Part shown: one piece after another, positions 27,752 to 36,424 of the stretch
How positions within the stretch are numbered: position 1 is the stretch's first letter
How the letters are laid out: the number at the start of each line of letters is the position of its first letter
Assembly (NCBI GenBank): GCA_018665815.1
Contig: JABJBP010000007.1
Span: 857 to 64,856, forward strand
Reading direction: 5' to 3'
Source: Rhodospirillaceae bacterium
GTDB lineage: Bacteria > Pseudomonadota > Alphaproteobacteria > Rhodospirillales > Casp-alpha2
Length of the DNA stretch: 64,000 bases
Program-made: the position numbers and the translations under genes
The notes under the pieces: generated by a model
The model's input: the letters and a program-made list of their open reading frames with translations, nothing else
Database searches by the model: none
Told to the model about the DNA's origin: nothing

Positions 27752-29995
27752 TCAGCGGAAAATGTATATGGGGCTCGACCAGATAAAGTGGCCGTCCTCC
27801 TGGGTAATACGGACATAAAGCGCGTTATCGCGATCACCGGCCAATTTCATTCGGCGTTCCAGCGTCAGCGCGCGGTGCGGGTTCTCATCGGGCAGGCGGA
27901 AAATCCGGATGCGCCGATCGATACCGCCGTTGGCAAAAATCATTTCATCGTAACCGATGTCCTTGATGGCGATTTCTTCTTTGATCAAATCCGTGTCGAT
28001 CTTCAAGGTTCCGGCGTCCGCGCCACCCAACCAGGCATCGAACCCACCGAACCCACCGGTCGTTAATGCCGCCCAATCGAGGCGGTTGTCACCGGTCTGC
28101 TCGAAGCGTTTGTCGATGTTGTAACGGTTGATCGGATCAAGGCGCTCAAAACTGTTGCCATCCAATTCCGCCGAGCCGTCCCAGACCGTCTCGCGGCCCC
28201 GGCCCCGATATTCCGATCCTTCCCAGAGCACCCGAATGCGCCGGCCGAGATCCGCCTCGGCGTAGGGCCGGAAAATTTCCTCAGTCTCCAAACCGTTGCG
28301 GATGTCGATGCGCTCGATGGGTGCGGAGGCATGGATATCGATCTTGAAGGTGACCTCGTCGTCGCCAGATTTCAGGATGTCCCCCATCATCGCCTCGTCG
28401 GCCATCTTGGAGGTGGCGTCACCCAGGTTCGGATCATCGGAAAACAGTTCCGCCGGATTGTCGAAGACGGCACGGGTGTCCAAAACGACGCGGTTGCCGG
28501 TGGTGCCGTAATGATGGCGTTTTTTAAGCGCCTCCATAATCCCGGCGCGGGTGAATTCAGGCGACAAGTTGCAGGTCAGGCCGCCGTAGGCGCCAAACTT
28601 GGTCGAGCCCGGATGAGACGCGCCGGGACGCCCCTTGTGGCCGTCGGAATTTGAGACGATGCCGACTCGGTAGCCCTGCTCGAAAGCATCGGTGATCAGC
28701 CATTCAAATGTTCCCCAGGCTGAGTGCACCTCAACGGCGCGCTCCAATCGGTCATCGTGGGCGATCTTGATATCGGCGTACCGCCCGCCGATATGCGCAA
28801 ACACCGTGCAATCCTCACCTTTCAAATCTTCGAACAGGTCGGCGGCGCAATTGGAATCGGTATCCACGTCCGACAAATCATCAACCAGCGCATGCGAGGA
28901 CCTGTGAATTTGGCGGCCTTCGTTCATGTGCAACACGTTGCGGTCACCGCCGAGCCCGGTATTGCCCGACCATTCCCAACCGGGGAAGACGATAAATTCA
29001 TCGTCCTTGGTGAACTCAGCGGAAAGCTCGTTGAGGTGCTCCCAAAATGCCGTGGTGATTTGGAAGTCATTGCCCTGATGAACACAAACATCAAGGAAGG
29101 CTTTGTCGCGGGCAAAATTATAGAAATCCCGCGCCGAGTTTGTGCCGATGGTTTCTTCCGACTGGCCGTGCAGATCACCCCAATAGGGCAGCAAATCGGC
29201 CTCTGCTGTCACCCGCATGGGATTCGATGTGCATACCGAATTGCCGTCGGCATCAACCAAATTAATGGTCAGATCACCCGGCGCACCGACGCTCAATCCA
29301 TCGACTATGGCTGAGAATTCACCGGAACGGAACGACACGGTATCGGGCAGGCCGTCGACGGGCGCGGACGCTTTCAAAACAAACGTGCTGTCGCATTGAT
29401 TGGACGGATTTCCCCAACGGTCTTCACCCTTTAGGCGCAATTTGAATTTCTGCCCGACGCGCTGCTGGGTCGGCATGATGGCTTTGTAATTCGCCGGCGG
29501 GCCGGGAATGATTGAAATGATCGGCTGTTCGGGCAGTTCCACGTAATTATACGTCGCGATGGCATCAACCAGCACCCGGAACTCGAAAGTGTCTTCGCAA
29601 AAGGTCTGGATGCGGATGCCCGGCGAGCCTTCACGGCGATCACCAAAACGAATGATGATTTGGTCATCGACCCTGAGAAAACCCCGCACGACCTTGATAT
29701 AAAGCGTTTTATCCCAGGGCCTGATATTTCGCTTCATGTCATATTCGATGTGCAAGATGGCACCGTTCGACGCTTCCACCGTCGTGTAGTTTGGCGCTTT
29801 CGGGTCGGTAAACTGCGGCCGACCCATATCCGAAGCGAACCGGTGCACCAGCTTGATCGACCCAGTATCGTCGATGCCGAAATAGCCGGCCGTATAAGTC
29901 ACGGTAAATTCCTGATAAGACCCGGCCTCAAAAGCGCCGGTGGGTGAGACCGTGGCGTGACCCATTTTTTCCGGCAGATATGTTGAATGCGGCAT
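27752..29995 (-). CDS. DUF3604-like (PHP-type metal-dependent hydrolase-like) protein, 747 aa
   Basis: The central YWGDLHGQSEE...VHQGNDFQ...GWEWSGNTGLGGDRNV...SNSDGHKGRPG pattern resembles the DUF3604/PHP metal-site layout as I remember it. GGAGAG RBS precedes the start. No closer assignment is possible by eye. Confidence 0.5.
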   Translation of the reverse strand: MPHSTYLPEKMGHATVSPTGAFEAGSYQEFTVTYTAGYFGIDDTGSIKLVHRFASDMGRPQFTDPKAPNYTTVEASNGAILHIEYDMKRNIRPWDKTLYIKVVRGFLRVDDQIIIRFGDRREGSPGIRIQTFCEDTFEFRVLVDAIATYNYVELPEQPIISIIPGPPANYKAIMPTQQRVGQKFKLRLKGEDRWGNPSNQCDSTFVLKASAPVDGLPDTVSFRSGEFSAIVDGLSVGAPGDLTINLVDADGNSVCTSNPMRVTAEADLLPYWGDLHGQSEETIGTNSARDFYNFARDKAFLDVCVHQGNDFQITTAFWEHLNELSAEFTKDDEFIVFPGWEWSGNTGLGGDRNVLHMNEGRQIHRSSHALVDDLSDVDTDSNCAADLFEDLKGEDCTVFAHIGGRYADIKIAHDDRLERAVEVHSAWGTFEWLITDAFEQGYRVGIVSNSDGHKGRPGASHPGSTKFGAYGGLTCNLSPEFTRAGIMEALKKRHHYGTTGNRVVLDTRAVFDNPAELFSDDPNLGDATSKMADEAMMGDILKSGDDEVTFKIDIHASAPIERIDIRNGLETEEIFRPYAEADLGRRIRVLWEGSEYRGRGRETVWDGSAELDGNSFERLDPINRYNIDKRFEQTGDNRLDWAALTTGGFGGFDAWLGGADAGTLKIDTDLIKEEIAIKDIGYDEMIFANGGIDRRIRIFRLPDENPHRALTLERRMKLAGDRDNALYVRITQEDGHFIWSSPIYIFR

Positions 29996-30010
29996 CGTGC
30001 TCTCCGTTCG

Positions 30011-30781
30011 TCAGGGCTTTTGCGGTAGCAGTTCAAGCCGCCGCGTGTCAGGGGGGATATAGACCACTTGATAGCTCAGTGGCGCGTCGCGAAAGCCGTA
30101 GCCTTGGATATGCAGGACGAGGCCGTTGGCCCCGATATCCAAACCCAGCATCCGTGCGATGTCATCAGGAAGTGCCTCTGCACCGACCTGTTCAACTATG
30201 CGCAATGTCGGCGCGTCGAAGCGCTGCCTGAGCAATGCGCGAATATTCATATTGTCGAGAGCGGCCGGCGGCTCGGACGCCAATTCGCTGAACCGCTGGC
30301 CGGTCAGGAACATCCGCGCCACGGCCTTGAACTCATGGTTCACATCGACATCGCGATCGATGCGAAGATGATTAGCCTCATGGCCCAAAAAATCCGTCCA
30401 TGCGCCACCCGTCGCGACTTCGGCTACCTTGGTCACCCGCGTAAACACCGGTAGGACGGTTTGCCCGTCATCGCCCAGAAAACGAAAATGCCACAGATCA
30501 TGCAGTTGGGACGGCGCGTCGGCAACGAAGGTCCCGCTGCCGTGTCGGCGGACAACGGCGCCACGATCGGCCAGATGCGAGAGCGCTTTTTGTACGGTAC
30601 CCAGACTGAACGGTAGGATCTGCGCCATCTCGGATTCGCCCGGCAATCGGTCGCCCGGCTTCAATTCACCCGTCTCAATGGCCTGCATGATGCCGTCCGA
30701 CAGCAACTGGTACTTCGGTGCGCGCACGCCCGTCGGGCGCCGCCCGTCGCTCAGCGTATTTGCCAGTCTGGCTAGTTCCAA
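30011..30781 (-). CDS. GntR-family regulator, HutC/UTRA type (paralog of 10143-10928); first gene of the long minus-strand operon
   Basis: HTH reads KYQLLSDGIMQAIETGELKPGDRLPGESEMAQILPFSLGTVQKALSHLADRGAV. TTG 30781 is preceded by GGGAGG-caata and gives 256 aa, matching the paralog. The track ORF extends to ATG 30880. Confidence 0.8.
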   Translation of the reverse strand: MELARLANTLSDGRRPTGVRAPKYQLLSDGIMQAIETGELKPGDRLPGESEMAQILPFSLGTVQKALSHLADRGAVVRRHGSGTFVADAPSQLHDLWHFRFLGDDGQTVLPVFTRVTKVAEVATGGAWTDFLGHEANHLRIDRDVDVNHEFKAVARMFLTGQRFSELASEPPAALDNMNIRALLRQRFDAPTLRIVEQVGAEALPDDIARMLGLDIGANGLVLHIQGYGFRDAPLSYQVVYIPPDTRRLELLPQKP

Positions 30782-30824
30782 TATTGCCTCCCGTCGCCGG
30801 TGTTCCACCGGATTCTTAAAAGAA

Positions 30825-30840
30825 CTATATAGCTCTATAG
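30825..30840. promoter_or_regulatory. CTATATAG-CTCTATAG tandem (first unit a perfect palindrome); candidate GntR operator in the divergent spacer
   Basis: Read directly. Related AACTATAT / ATATATAG elements occur at 10066-10073 and 10100-10107, upstream of the paralogous GntR. Confidence 0.3.
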
Positions 30841-30969
30841 ATTTTGGATCAAGGAACCAAATTTTCGCACCGTGGAACATCCGAGACGCCTGGTTTGCCG
30901 AGACCCGTCAGGAATGCTTCAATCTGGCGGCGATTTGGGGATCGATATTTTCAAGGGAGAGACCCGGCC

Positions 30970-32493
30970 ATGGGCATCACAGGCAGACCACAGTTCGAAA
31001 AACCACCATTGTTGGAGACCCGGCCGCCGCGTTGCCCGCCCTACTTCGATGTGACCAGCGTCGATCAGCTGTTGCCCTATTTGGAATTGGTTGCGCAGCG
31101 TCCTTACAACCAAGGCCTCCATGCCGCCTGGGACCTGCAGCCCGGTGAGCGGGTATTGCTCCGGGTCGACAATTGGCACGACGAATTGGTCGTCGAGGCA
31201 TGCAAAAAAATTCTCGAAAAATATGGCTGCAAGTATGAAATCAAGCACGCTGATCGCGGCCCCATTCCACAATGGGTCGGCGCCGACGAAGTCGACTATT
31301 ACTTGTACCGGACCAAGGAATTGGCCGAATGGATGGACACGTGGGGGGAACTCGCGAAAAGCGGTCAGTACGATAAAATTCTCTGGGGTTACGGCGGCCC
31401 GATCTTAGTTGACGACGATGTGAAAATTCAACGCATGCCCTTCATCACGCCTGAAATCCTGGCGTCCCCGGCGCATGCCATGCCTTATGAATTGCTGGAA
31501 GCCATCGACCAATGGACCTGGAATCGGGTGCGGTCGGCCAAGCGGGTGCGGATCACCGACCCGGAAGGCACGGATATCGAGTTTACCAACCACGCTGAAT
31601 ATTATGATGCGAAACGCGAGAACTATAATTGGGATTTGATCACCAAAACCTGGACCGATAACCCGCATTTCGCCAAGACCTACCTGCCTGGTCATGTCAC
31701 CGGTCGACCGTGGATTTTCCTGCCCGGCAAGGAAGACGGCAACGGCGTTATCGCCGGCACCACCAACCACATCGCGCCCGTCGACTGGACGCAATTGAAA
31801 ATCGAAAACTCGAAGATTACGGAAATCAACGAAGGCGGCGAGTTCGGCGATAAACTGCGCGCCCTGATGGCGGAATGCGCCGACATCCAGTATCCGGGCA
31901 TGCCGTCACCCGGCATCATGCACTGGTGGGAAGCTTCCATCGGCACCAATCCGCACATTCACCGGCCCAGAAAGGATTTCCCCTCAGGCCTGGTCAATTG
32001 CCTGTACGAGCGCGTGCGCTCGGGCGTCATCCATATTGGTTTCGGGACGATCATTTCGTCCATGGACGAGCGCCGTGCGGCGCGCGAAGGGCTAAAGGTC
32101 GGCCATTGGCATCTGCATCTCTATTTCCCGACATATATGGCGGAACGCGAAGGCGACAATGAGCCGGTGATTGAAGACGGCCGGCTCTTGGCCCTGGATG
32201 ACCCGGAAATCCGCAAACTGGCGGCGAAACACGGCGATCCTGATTTGTGGCTTCAGGAAAGCTGGATTCCGGCCGTGCCCGGCATCAATGTTGCCGGCGA
32301 ATACTGGAAACACTATGCCAATGACCCGTTGAAATGGGTCAAAATGGAACTCGACATCTGCCGCAATTGGCATCACTTGTTCATGCCCATGGTCGGCGGT
32401 GACACGCGGTTCTGTCATGACCATGCGGACTTCTGGTTGGGGGATTGCTGTGGCCATCCGGGCCTGCATACGCCGGACGACTGCTGCGGGTAA
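30970..32493 (+). CDS. M29 (aminopeptidase T / NicX)-like fold protein with Cys/His-rich C-terminal tail, 507 aa
   Basis: ATG 30970 is preceded by GGGAGAG. VRITDPEGTDIEF and EASIGTNPHI resemble M29-family motifs. The C-terminus reads RFCHDHADFWLGDCCGHPGLHTPDDCCG. Confidence 0.5.
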   Translation: MGITGRPQFEKPPLLETRPPRCPPYFDVTSVDQLLPYLELVAQRPYNQGLHAAWDLQPGERVLLRVDNWHDELVVEACKKILEKYGCKYEIKHADRGPIPQWVGADEVDYYLYRTKELAEWMDTWGELAKSGQYDKILWGYGGPILVDDDVKIQRMPFITPEILASPAHAMPYELLEAIDQWTWNRVRSAKRVRITDPEGTDIEFTNHAEYYDAKRENYNWDLITKTWTDNPHFAKTYLPGHVTGRPWIFLPGKEDGNGVIAGTTNHIAPVDWTQLKIENSKITEINEGGEFGDKLRALMAECADIQYPGMPSPGIMHWWEASIGTNPHIHRPRKDFPSGLVNCLYERVRSGVIHIGFGTIISSMDERRAAREGLKVGHWHLHLYFPTYMAEREGDNEPVIEDGRLLALDDPEIRKLAAKHGDPDLWLQESWIPAVPGINVAGEYWKHYANDPLKWVKMELDICRNWHHLFMPMVGGDTRFCHDHADFWLGDCCGHPGLHTPDDCCG

Positions 32494-33245
32494 CGTTCGG
32501 CTACAGCTTTGAAGTTCTCACAGCCGTCAGCATTGGCGTTGGCCTCGGCGGCTTTTCCAAAGGCGTCACGGGGATCGGTCTGCCAATAATTGCTATCGCC
32601 GTTATGATCCATTTCGTGGACCCACAAACCGCGTTCGTCACCATGGTTATCCCAAATTTGGTCACCAATATTTGGCAGTCCGCCACGTCTCATAACTGGA
32701 AAGAACCGTTCCTGAGGTTTTGGCCGATGATCGTGTGTTTCGTCATCAGTTTATTTATTGGTGCGGTGTTACTTGTCACGCTGGATGGCAGCACGCTCCT
32801 GACTATTTTGGGTGTATTTATGGCGGCATTCGCGGCAATGAACTTGATAAAACCCCGCGAACATCCCCTCTCGCCAACCGTCGAACGGTGGACTGGCCCC
32901 GTAGCTGGGACAGTGGGCGGACTCCTTGGCGGGCTGACCGCCATCTGGGGACCACCAATGCTGATGTTGTTTGTATTGTTGAAGTTGGACAAAGAGACAT
33001 GGATTCAGACAGTCGGCTTGATTTGGTTCATCGGATCCGTCCCGCTGGCTCTCGCATACTGGCACAATGGTTTATTGAACGCGCAAACTGCGCCGCTCTC
33101 GGCCTTTGCATGTATTGCAGGGATGATCGGCATTTGGCTCGGCGAGGTAATCCGGAGCAAGATTAATCAGGAAACCTTCCGCAAGCTCTTGTTGGTTTCG
33201 TTATTGCTCATCGGCCTAAATTTGGTTCGAGGGGCATTGTTTTAG
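32445..33245 (+). CDS. TauE/SafE (TSUP) family anion permease, copy 2
   Basis: Polytopic with the GVGLGGFSKGVTGIGLP and GTVGGLLGGLT family-type Gly motifs. The start is uncertain: TTG 32445 is the first in-frame candidate and overlaps the upstream gene by 49 nt. Confidence 0.7.
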   Translation: MLWPSGPAYAGRLLRVTFGYSFEVLTAVSIGVGLGGFSKGVTGIGLPIIAIAVMIHFVDPQTAFVTMVIPNLVTNIWQSATSHNWKEPFLRFWPMIVCFVISLFIGAVLLVTLDGSTLLTILGVFMAAFAAMNLIKPREHPLSPTVERWTGPVAGTVGGLLGGLTAIWGPPMLMLFVLLKLDKETWIQTVGLIWFIGSVPLALAYWHNGLLNAQTAPLSAFACIAGMIGIWLGEVIRSKINQETFRKLLLVSLLLIGLNLVRGALF

Positions 33246-34497
33246 TTACCGCTACGTTGGCCAATGACGCGCGCAGCACAAGACAGATAGGCAAGATCAA
33301 CAACACCATCACCGGCACCACACTGAGCGCTGCGTGAAGCCCCCATTGATCACTGAGCAGGCCATAAGCAAAAGGCGCCGCGGCACTGGCACCGATGCCC
33401 AACGTATAGAACAGCCCGAATGCCCGAGCCTGACTGTCGGCCTCGACGAAATCTCCCATGGTGCCGTAAAGCACCGATGAGGTGCCGTTGAGGACGACAC
33501 CCAAGAACGGCAGCATGATCAACGTTGGCACCAACGGCGCAAAAATTACCGCGACGATCAGCACCACGGTGCCGACTTCAGTGGCGACAACGGTGCGCAT
33601 GATGCCGACCCGTTCGGCAATGAACCCGCAGACCAATTTACCCGCCGCGCCGCCCCCCAGAACCAAGGCCAGGGCAAACCCCACGGTTTCGGTCTCCACG
33701 CCCTTGCCGATCAACAGAAACGGCAGAAAGGTGAGGAAACCAGTGCGCGAGCTTGTATCAATCATCGAGATCACGGAAAGCGCCGTGAAGCCGGTCCGGT
33801 CACGGATTCCCCATCCCCGCTTGCCTAAAACTTTCTTTTCTCCGGCCTTCCCCCTGGCCTTCCCCTCGGCCTCCCCCTCCGCCTTGGCACTACAGGCCGA
33901 CCGGCGTCCACCGGCGCCGGCGCGGCGCAACACGAAATAAATCGCCAATGCGGCGAACATACCGACGATGCCATGAGCGATGGTACCGGTGCGCCAGCCA
34001 AAAGCACCGGCGACCGCGGCAACGCTGACAGGCGCCACGATCTTGCCCAAATCACCGCCGAAGTTATAGGTCCCGAGCGCGGCCCGGCGCGGCCCGCCTT
34101 CATAGGCCTTGGAAATCAGTGCGGATGCCAAGGGATGCTGGGCGCTGGCGCCGAAGCCGCTCAAGCACAGGCAGACGGCCAACATGATAAAGCCTTCAGC
34201 GAACCCCAATAGCACGAACCCCAACCCGACCAGCACCGTTCCCAACACTAGAATAGGTCGCTCGCCTACTTTTTCGGCGACGAAACCGGCTGGAATTTGG
34301 AAGGCCGACATGGCGAGGCTGATAAATGTCTTCAGCAACCCGACTTGCGCGTGGGACAGCCCAAACTCGGCGGCCCATAGCGGCAATAGGATATAGACCG
34401 TATCGGTAAACCCGTCGTTGATGAAGTGCGCGAAGCCGCCGGCGCTCAACACTTTGCGACGCTTCGACAGCTCAGACATTGGGGCAGCATCTGTCAT
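33208..34497 (-). CDS. MFS transporter
   Basis: 429 aa with 12-TM layout and a long central loop. Divergent from a LysR gene. Confidence 0.85.
   Translation of the reverse strand: MTDAAPMSELSKRRKVLSAGGFAHFINDGFTDTVYILLPLWAAEFGLSHAQVGLLKTFISLAMSAFQIPAGFVAEKVGERPILVLGTVLVGLGFVLLGFAEGFIMLAVCLCLSGFGASAQHPLASALISKAYEGGPRRAALGTYNFGGDLGKIVAPVSVAAVAGAFGWRTGTIAHGIVGMFAALAIYFVLRRAGAGGRRSACSAKAEGEAEGKARGKAGEKKVLGKRGWGIRDRTGFTALSVISMIDTSSRTGFLTFLPFLLIGKGVETETVGFALALVLGGGAAGKLVCGFIAERVGIMRTVVATEVGTVVLIVAVIFAPLVPTLIMLPFLGVVLNGTSSVLYGTMGDFVEADSQARAFGLFYTLGIGASAAAPFAYGLLSDQWGLHAALSVVPVMVLLILPICLVLRASLANVAVTKTMPLEPNLGR
33844..33891. repeat. Imperfect 12-nt tandem repeat (3-4 units) inside the MFS central loop
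   Basis: Units are ggccttccccct / ggccttcccctc / ggcctccccctc / cgccttggcact. On the minus strand they encode SAKA-EGEA-EGKA-RGKA. Confidence 0.6.
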
Positions 34498-34568
34498 GGT
34501 TGCCGGAGATTAGGCGATACGTTTATATTGGTCTAATCGATTAATTAAAAATTTGATCGGTTTTACCT

Positions 34569-35441
34569 ATGTATGAAACATGGCTCAGATCATTTCACGC
34601 AGTCGCCCGCCACGGCGGCTTTACCGCCGCCGCCGGCGCGCTCAACCTCTCGCAGCCGACAATAACTGAGCAGGTAAAGTCTCTAGAAGGAAAATTCGGC
34701 GTCGAGTTATTTCATCGGCGCGGACGTACGGTGCGCCTAAGCGGCCCCGGCGCTGCGCTCTATGAAATCACCCAGGGCGTTGCCGGCCATATGGAAGAGG
34801 CGCTCCGATTCCTTGAAGTTGCCGGCGAAACCCCGGCCGGCCGGTTCGCCATCGGCAGCGTAAACCCCTATTACATCATGGAACCGGTTAGAGCCTTCGG
34901 CGCGCAATATGGCAATGTCGATACAGTACTAAGTGTCGACCACCGCCGCGAGGTCATCCAAGGCCTGTTGGATTTCCGCCTCGACGTCGCATTGATCGGA
35001 CGACGCGACCCCGATCCGCGCATTACCAACACAATGCTGTGGCAAAAGCGTGTTCATATCCTTTTGCCTTTTGATCATCCTCTGGCGAAACGTAAATCGT
35101 TGAAAATGAGCGATCTGGACGGCCAACCCATGCTGCTGCGCGAAGAACGCTCGACGACCCGTTTGGCCTTCGAGAAAGCCGTGCGGCACGCTGGCATAAA
35201 AGTGCCGGCGGTCATGGAAATCGATAGCCGCGAGGCCATCCGCGAGGCGGTTGCGTTGGGCATCGGGTTCGGCCTGGCGACAGACGGCGAGGTTCTCCCC
35301 GAGACCCGTCTGTGTAGCCGCCCGGTCAGCGACGCTGAGATGCAGGTCGTTTTTCATGCCGCATGTTTGAAAAACCGAGCCAAGCGACCGCTGATTGACG
35401 CCTTTATCAAGATCGCCAAAAACCATACAGATGCAGCTTAA
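34569..35441 (+). CDS. LysR-family transcriptional regulator
   Basis: HTH reads FHAVARHGGFTAAAGALNLSQPTITEQVKSLE; 290 aa. Confidence 0.9.
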   Translation: MYETWLRSFHAVARHGGFTAAAGALNLSQPTITEQVKSLEGKFGVELFHRRGRTVRLSGPGAALYEITQGVAGHMEEALRFLEVAGETPAGRFAIGSVNPYYIMEPVRAFGAQYGNVDTVLSVDHRREVIQGLLDFRLDVALIGRRDPDPRITNTMLWQKRVHILLPFDHPLAKRKSLKMSDLDGQPMLLREERSTTRLAFEKAVRHAGIKVPAVMEIDSREAIREAVALGIGFGLATDGEVLPETRLCSRPVSDAEMQVVFHAACLKNRAKRPLIDAFIKIAKNHTDAA

Positions 35442-36424
35442 ATTTCCAACAACACCTTGCCCTTGGTGAGCCGCGCTTCGATCATTTCATGGGCGGCGCG
35501 CGCCTCGGCCAGAGGAAATGTCCGATCGATGTTAATCGACAATTCTCCATCCAGATACAAAGCGAATAAGTCATCCGCACGGCCGCGCCGTTCGTCTTGG
35601 GTTGTCATATAATCAGCCAAGTGCGGACGGGTGAAAAAGATCGAGCCCGCTTCGGCCAAATCCAGTGGATCCAACTGCCCGATGGGACCCGACGCATTGC
35701 CGTTGTTGGACACCACGCCCCGGCGCTTGGCGCATTTCATGCTGCCTTGGATGGTGTCTTTGCCAACCGAGTCATAGACCACATCGACGCCCTCACCACC
35801 CGTCAATTCAAGAACGACCTCGGCGAAATCGACATCGCGGTAAAGAATGGTTTCATCAGCGCCCCGCGCTCTAGCAATCTCTGCTTTCTCGGGGTTGCCG
35901 ACCGTCGTGTAAACCACGGCACCCTGCGCTTTCGCCAGCTGGATTAGGACCTGACCAAGCCCACCGGCACCAGCGTGGATGAGGCACGTGTCACCGGATG
36001 CCAAGGGAAACAACGAGTGCGACAAATAGTGCGCCGTGCAGCCCTGTAATTGCAGTGCCGTTGCGATATCCATCGGCACGCCGTCGGGCACCGGCACCAA
36101 TTTCCAGGCCGGCACCACGGCATATTCGGCGTAACTGCCAAGATCGATGCAATAGGCGACCGTTTCGCCAAGTGCCAGATCATCGACACCATCTCCCAAC
36201 GCCTCAACGTAACCGGCGCCCTCCATGCCGATGACCATGGGTGGCTTTTGCGCATAGGTATCTGAGCGTTTGAAGATACCGCCGCGCATATAGACATCGA
36301 TGAAGTTGATCCCGGCAAAGATTTGGCGCACCAAGGCCTCACCGGGCCCAGGTTCGGGCACCGCGATGTCGTCCAGTTGCAACTGGTCAGCGCCGCCGTA
36401 TTCCTGAACCCGTATGGCCTTCAT
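35438..36424 (-). CDS. Zn-independent MDR-family NAD(P)H:quinone oxidoreductase-like
   Basis: 328 aa with MKAIRVQEYGGADQLQL... and AGAGGLGQVLIQLAK. Last gene of the IclR-headed operon, with a 4-nt overlap. Confidence 0.8.
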   Translation of the reverse strand: MKAIRVQEYGGADQLQLDDIAVPEPGPGEALVRQIFAGINFIDVYMRGGIFKRSDTYAQKPPMVIGMEGAGYVEALGDGVDDLALGETVAYCIDLGSYAEYAVVPAWKLVPVPDGVPMDIATALQLQGCTAHYLSHSLFPLASGDTCLIHAGAGGLGQVLIQLAKAQGAVVYTTVGNPEKAEIARARGADETILYRDVDFAEVVLELTGGEGVDVVYDSVGKDTIQGSMKCAKRRGVVSNNGNASGPIGQLDPLDLAEAGSIFFTRPHLADYMTTQDERRGRADDLFALYLDGELSINIDRTFPLAEARAAHEMIEARLTKGKVLLEI

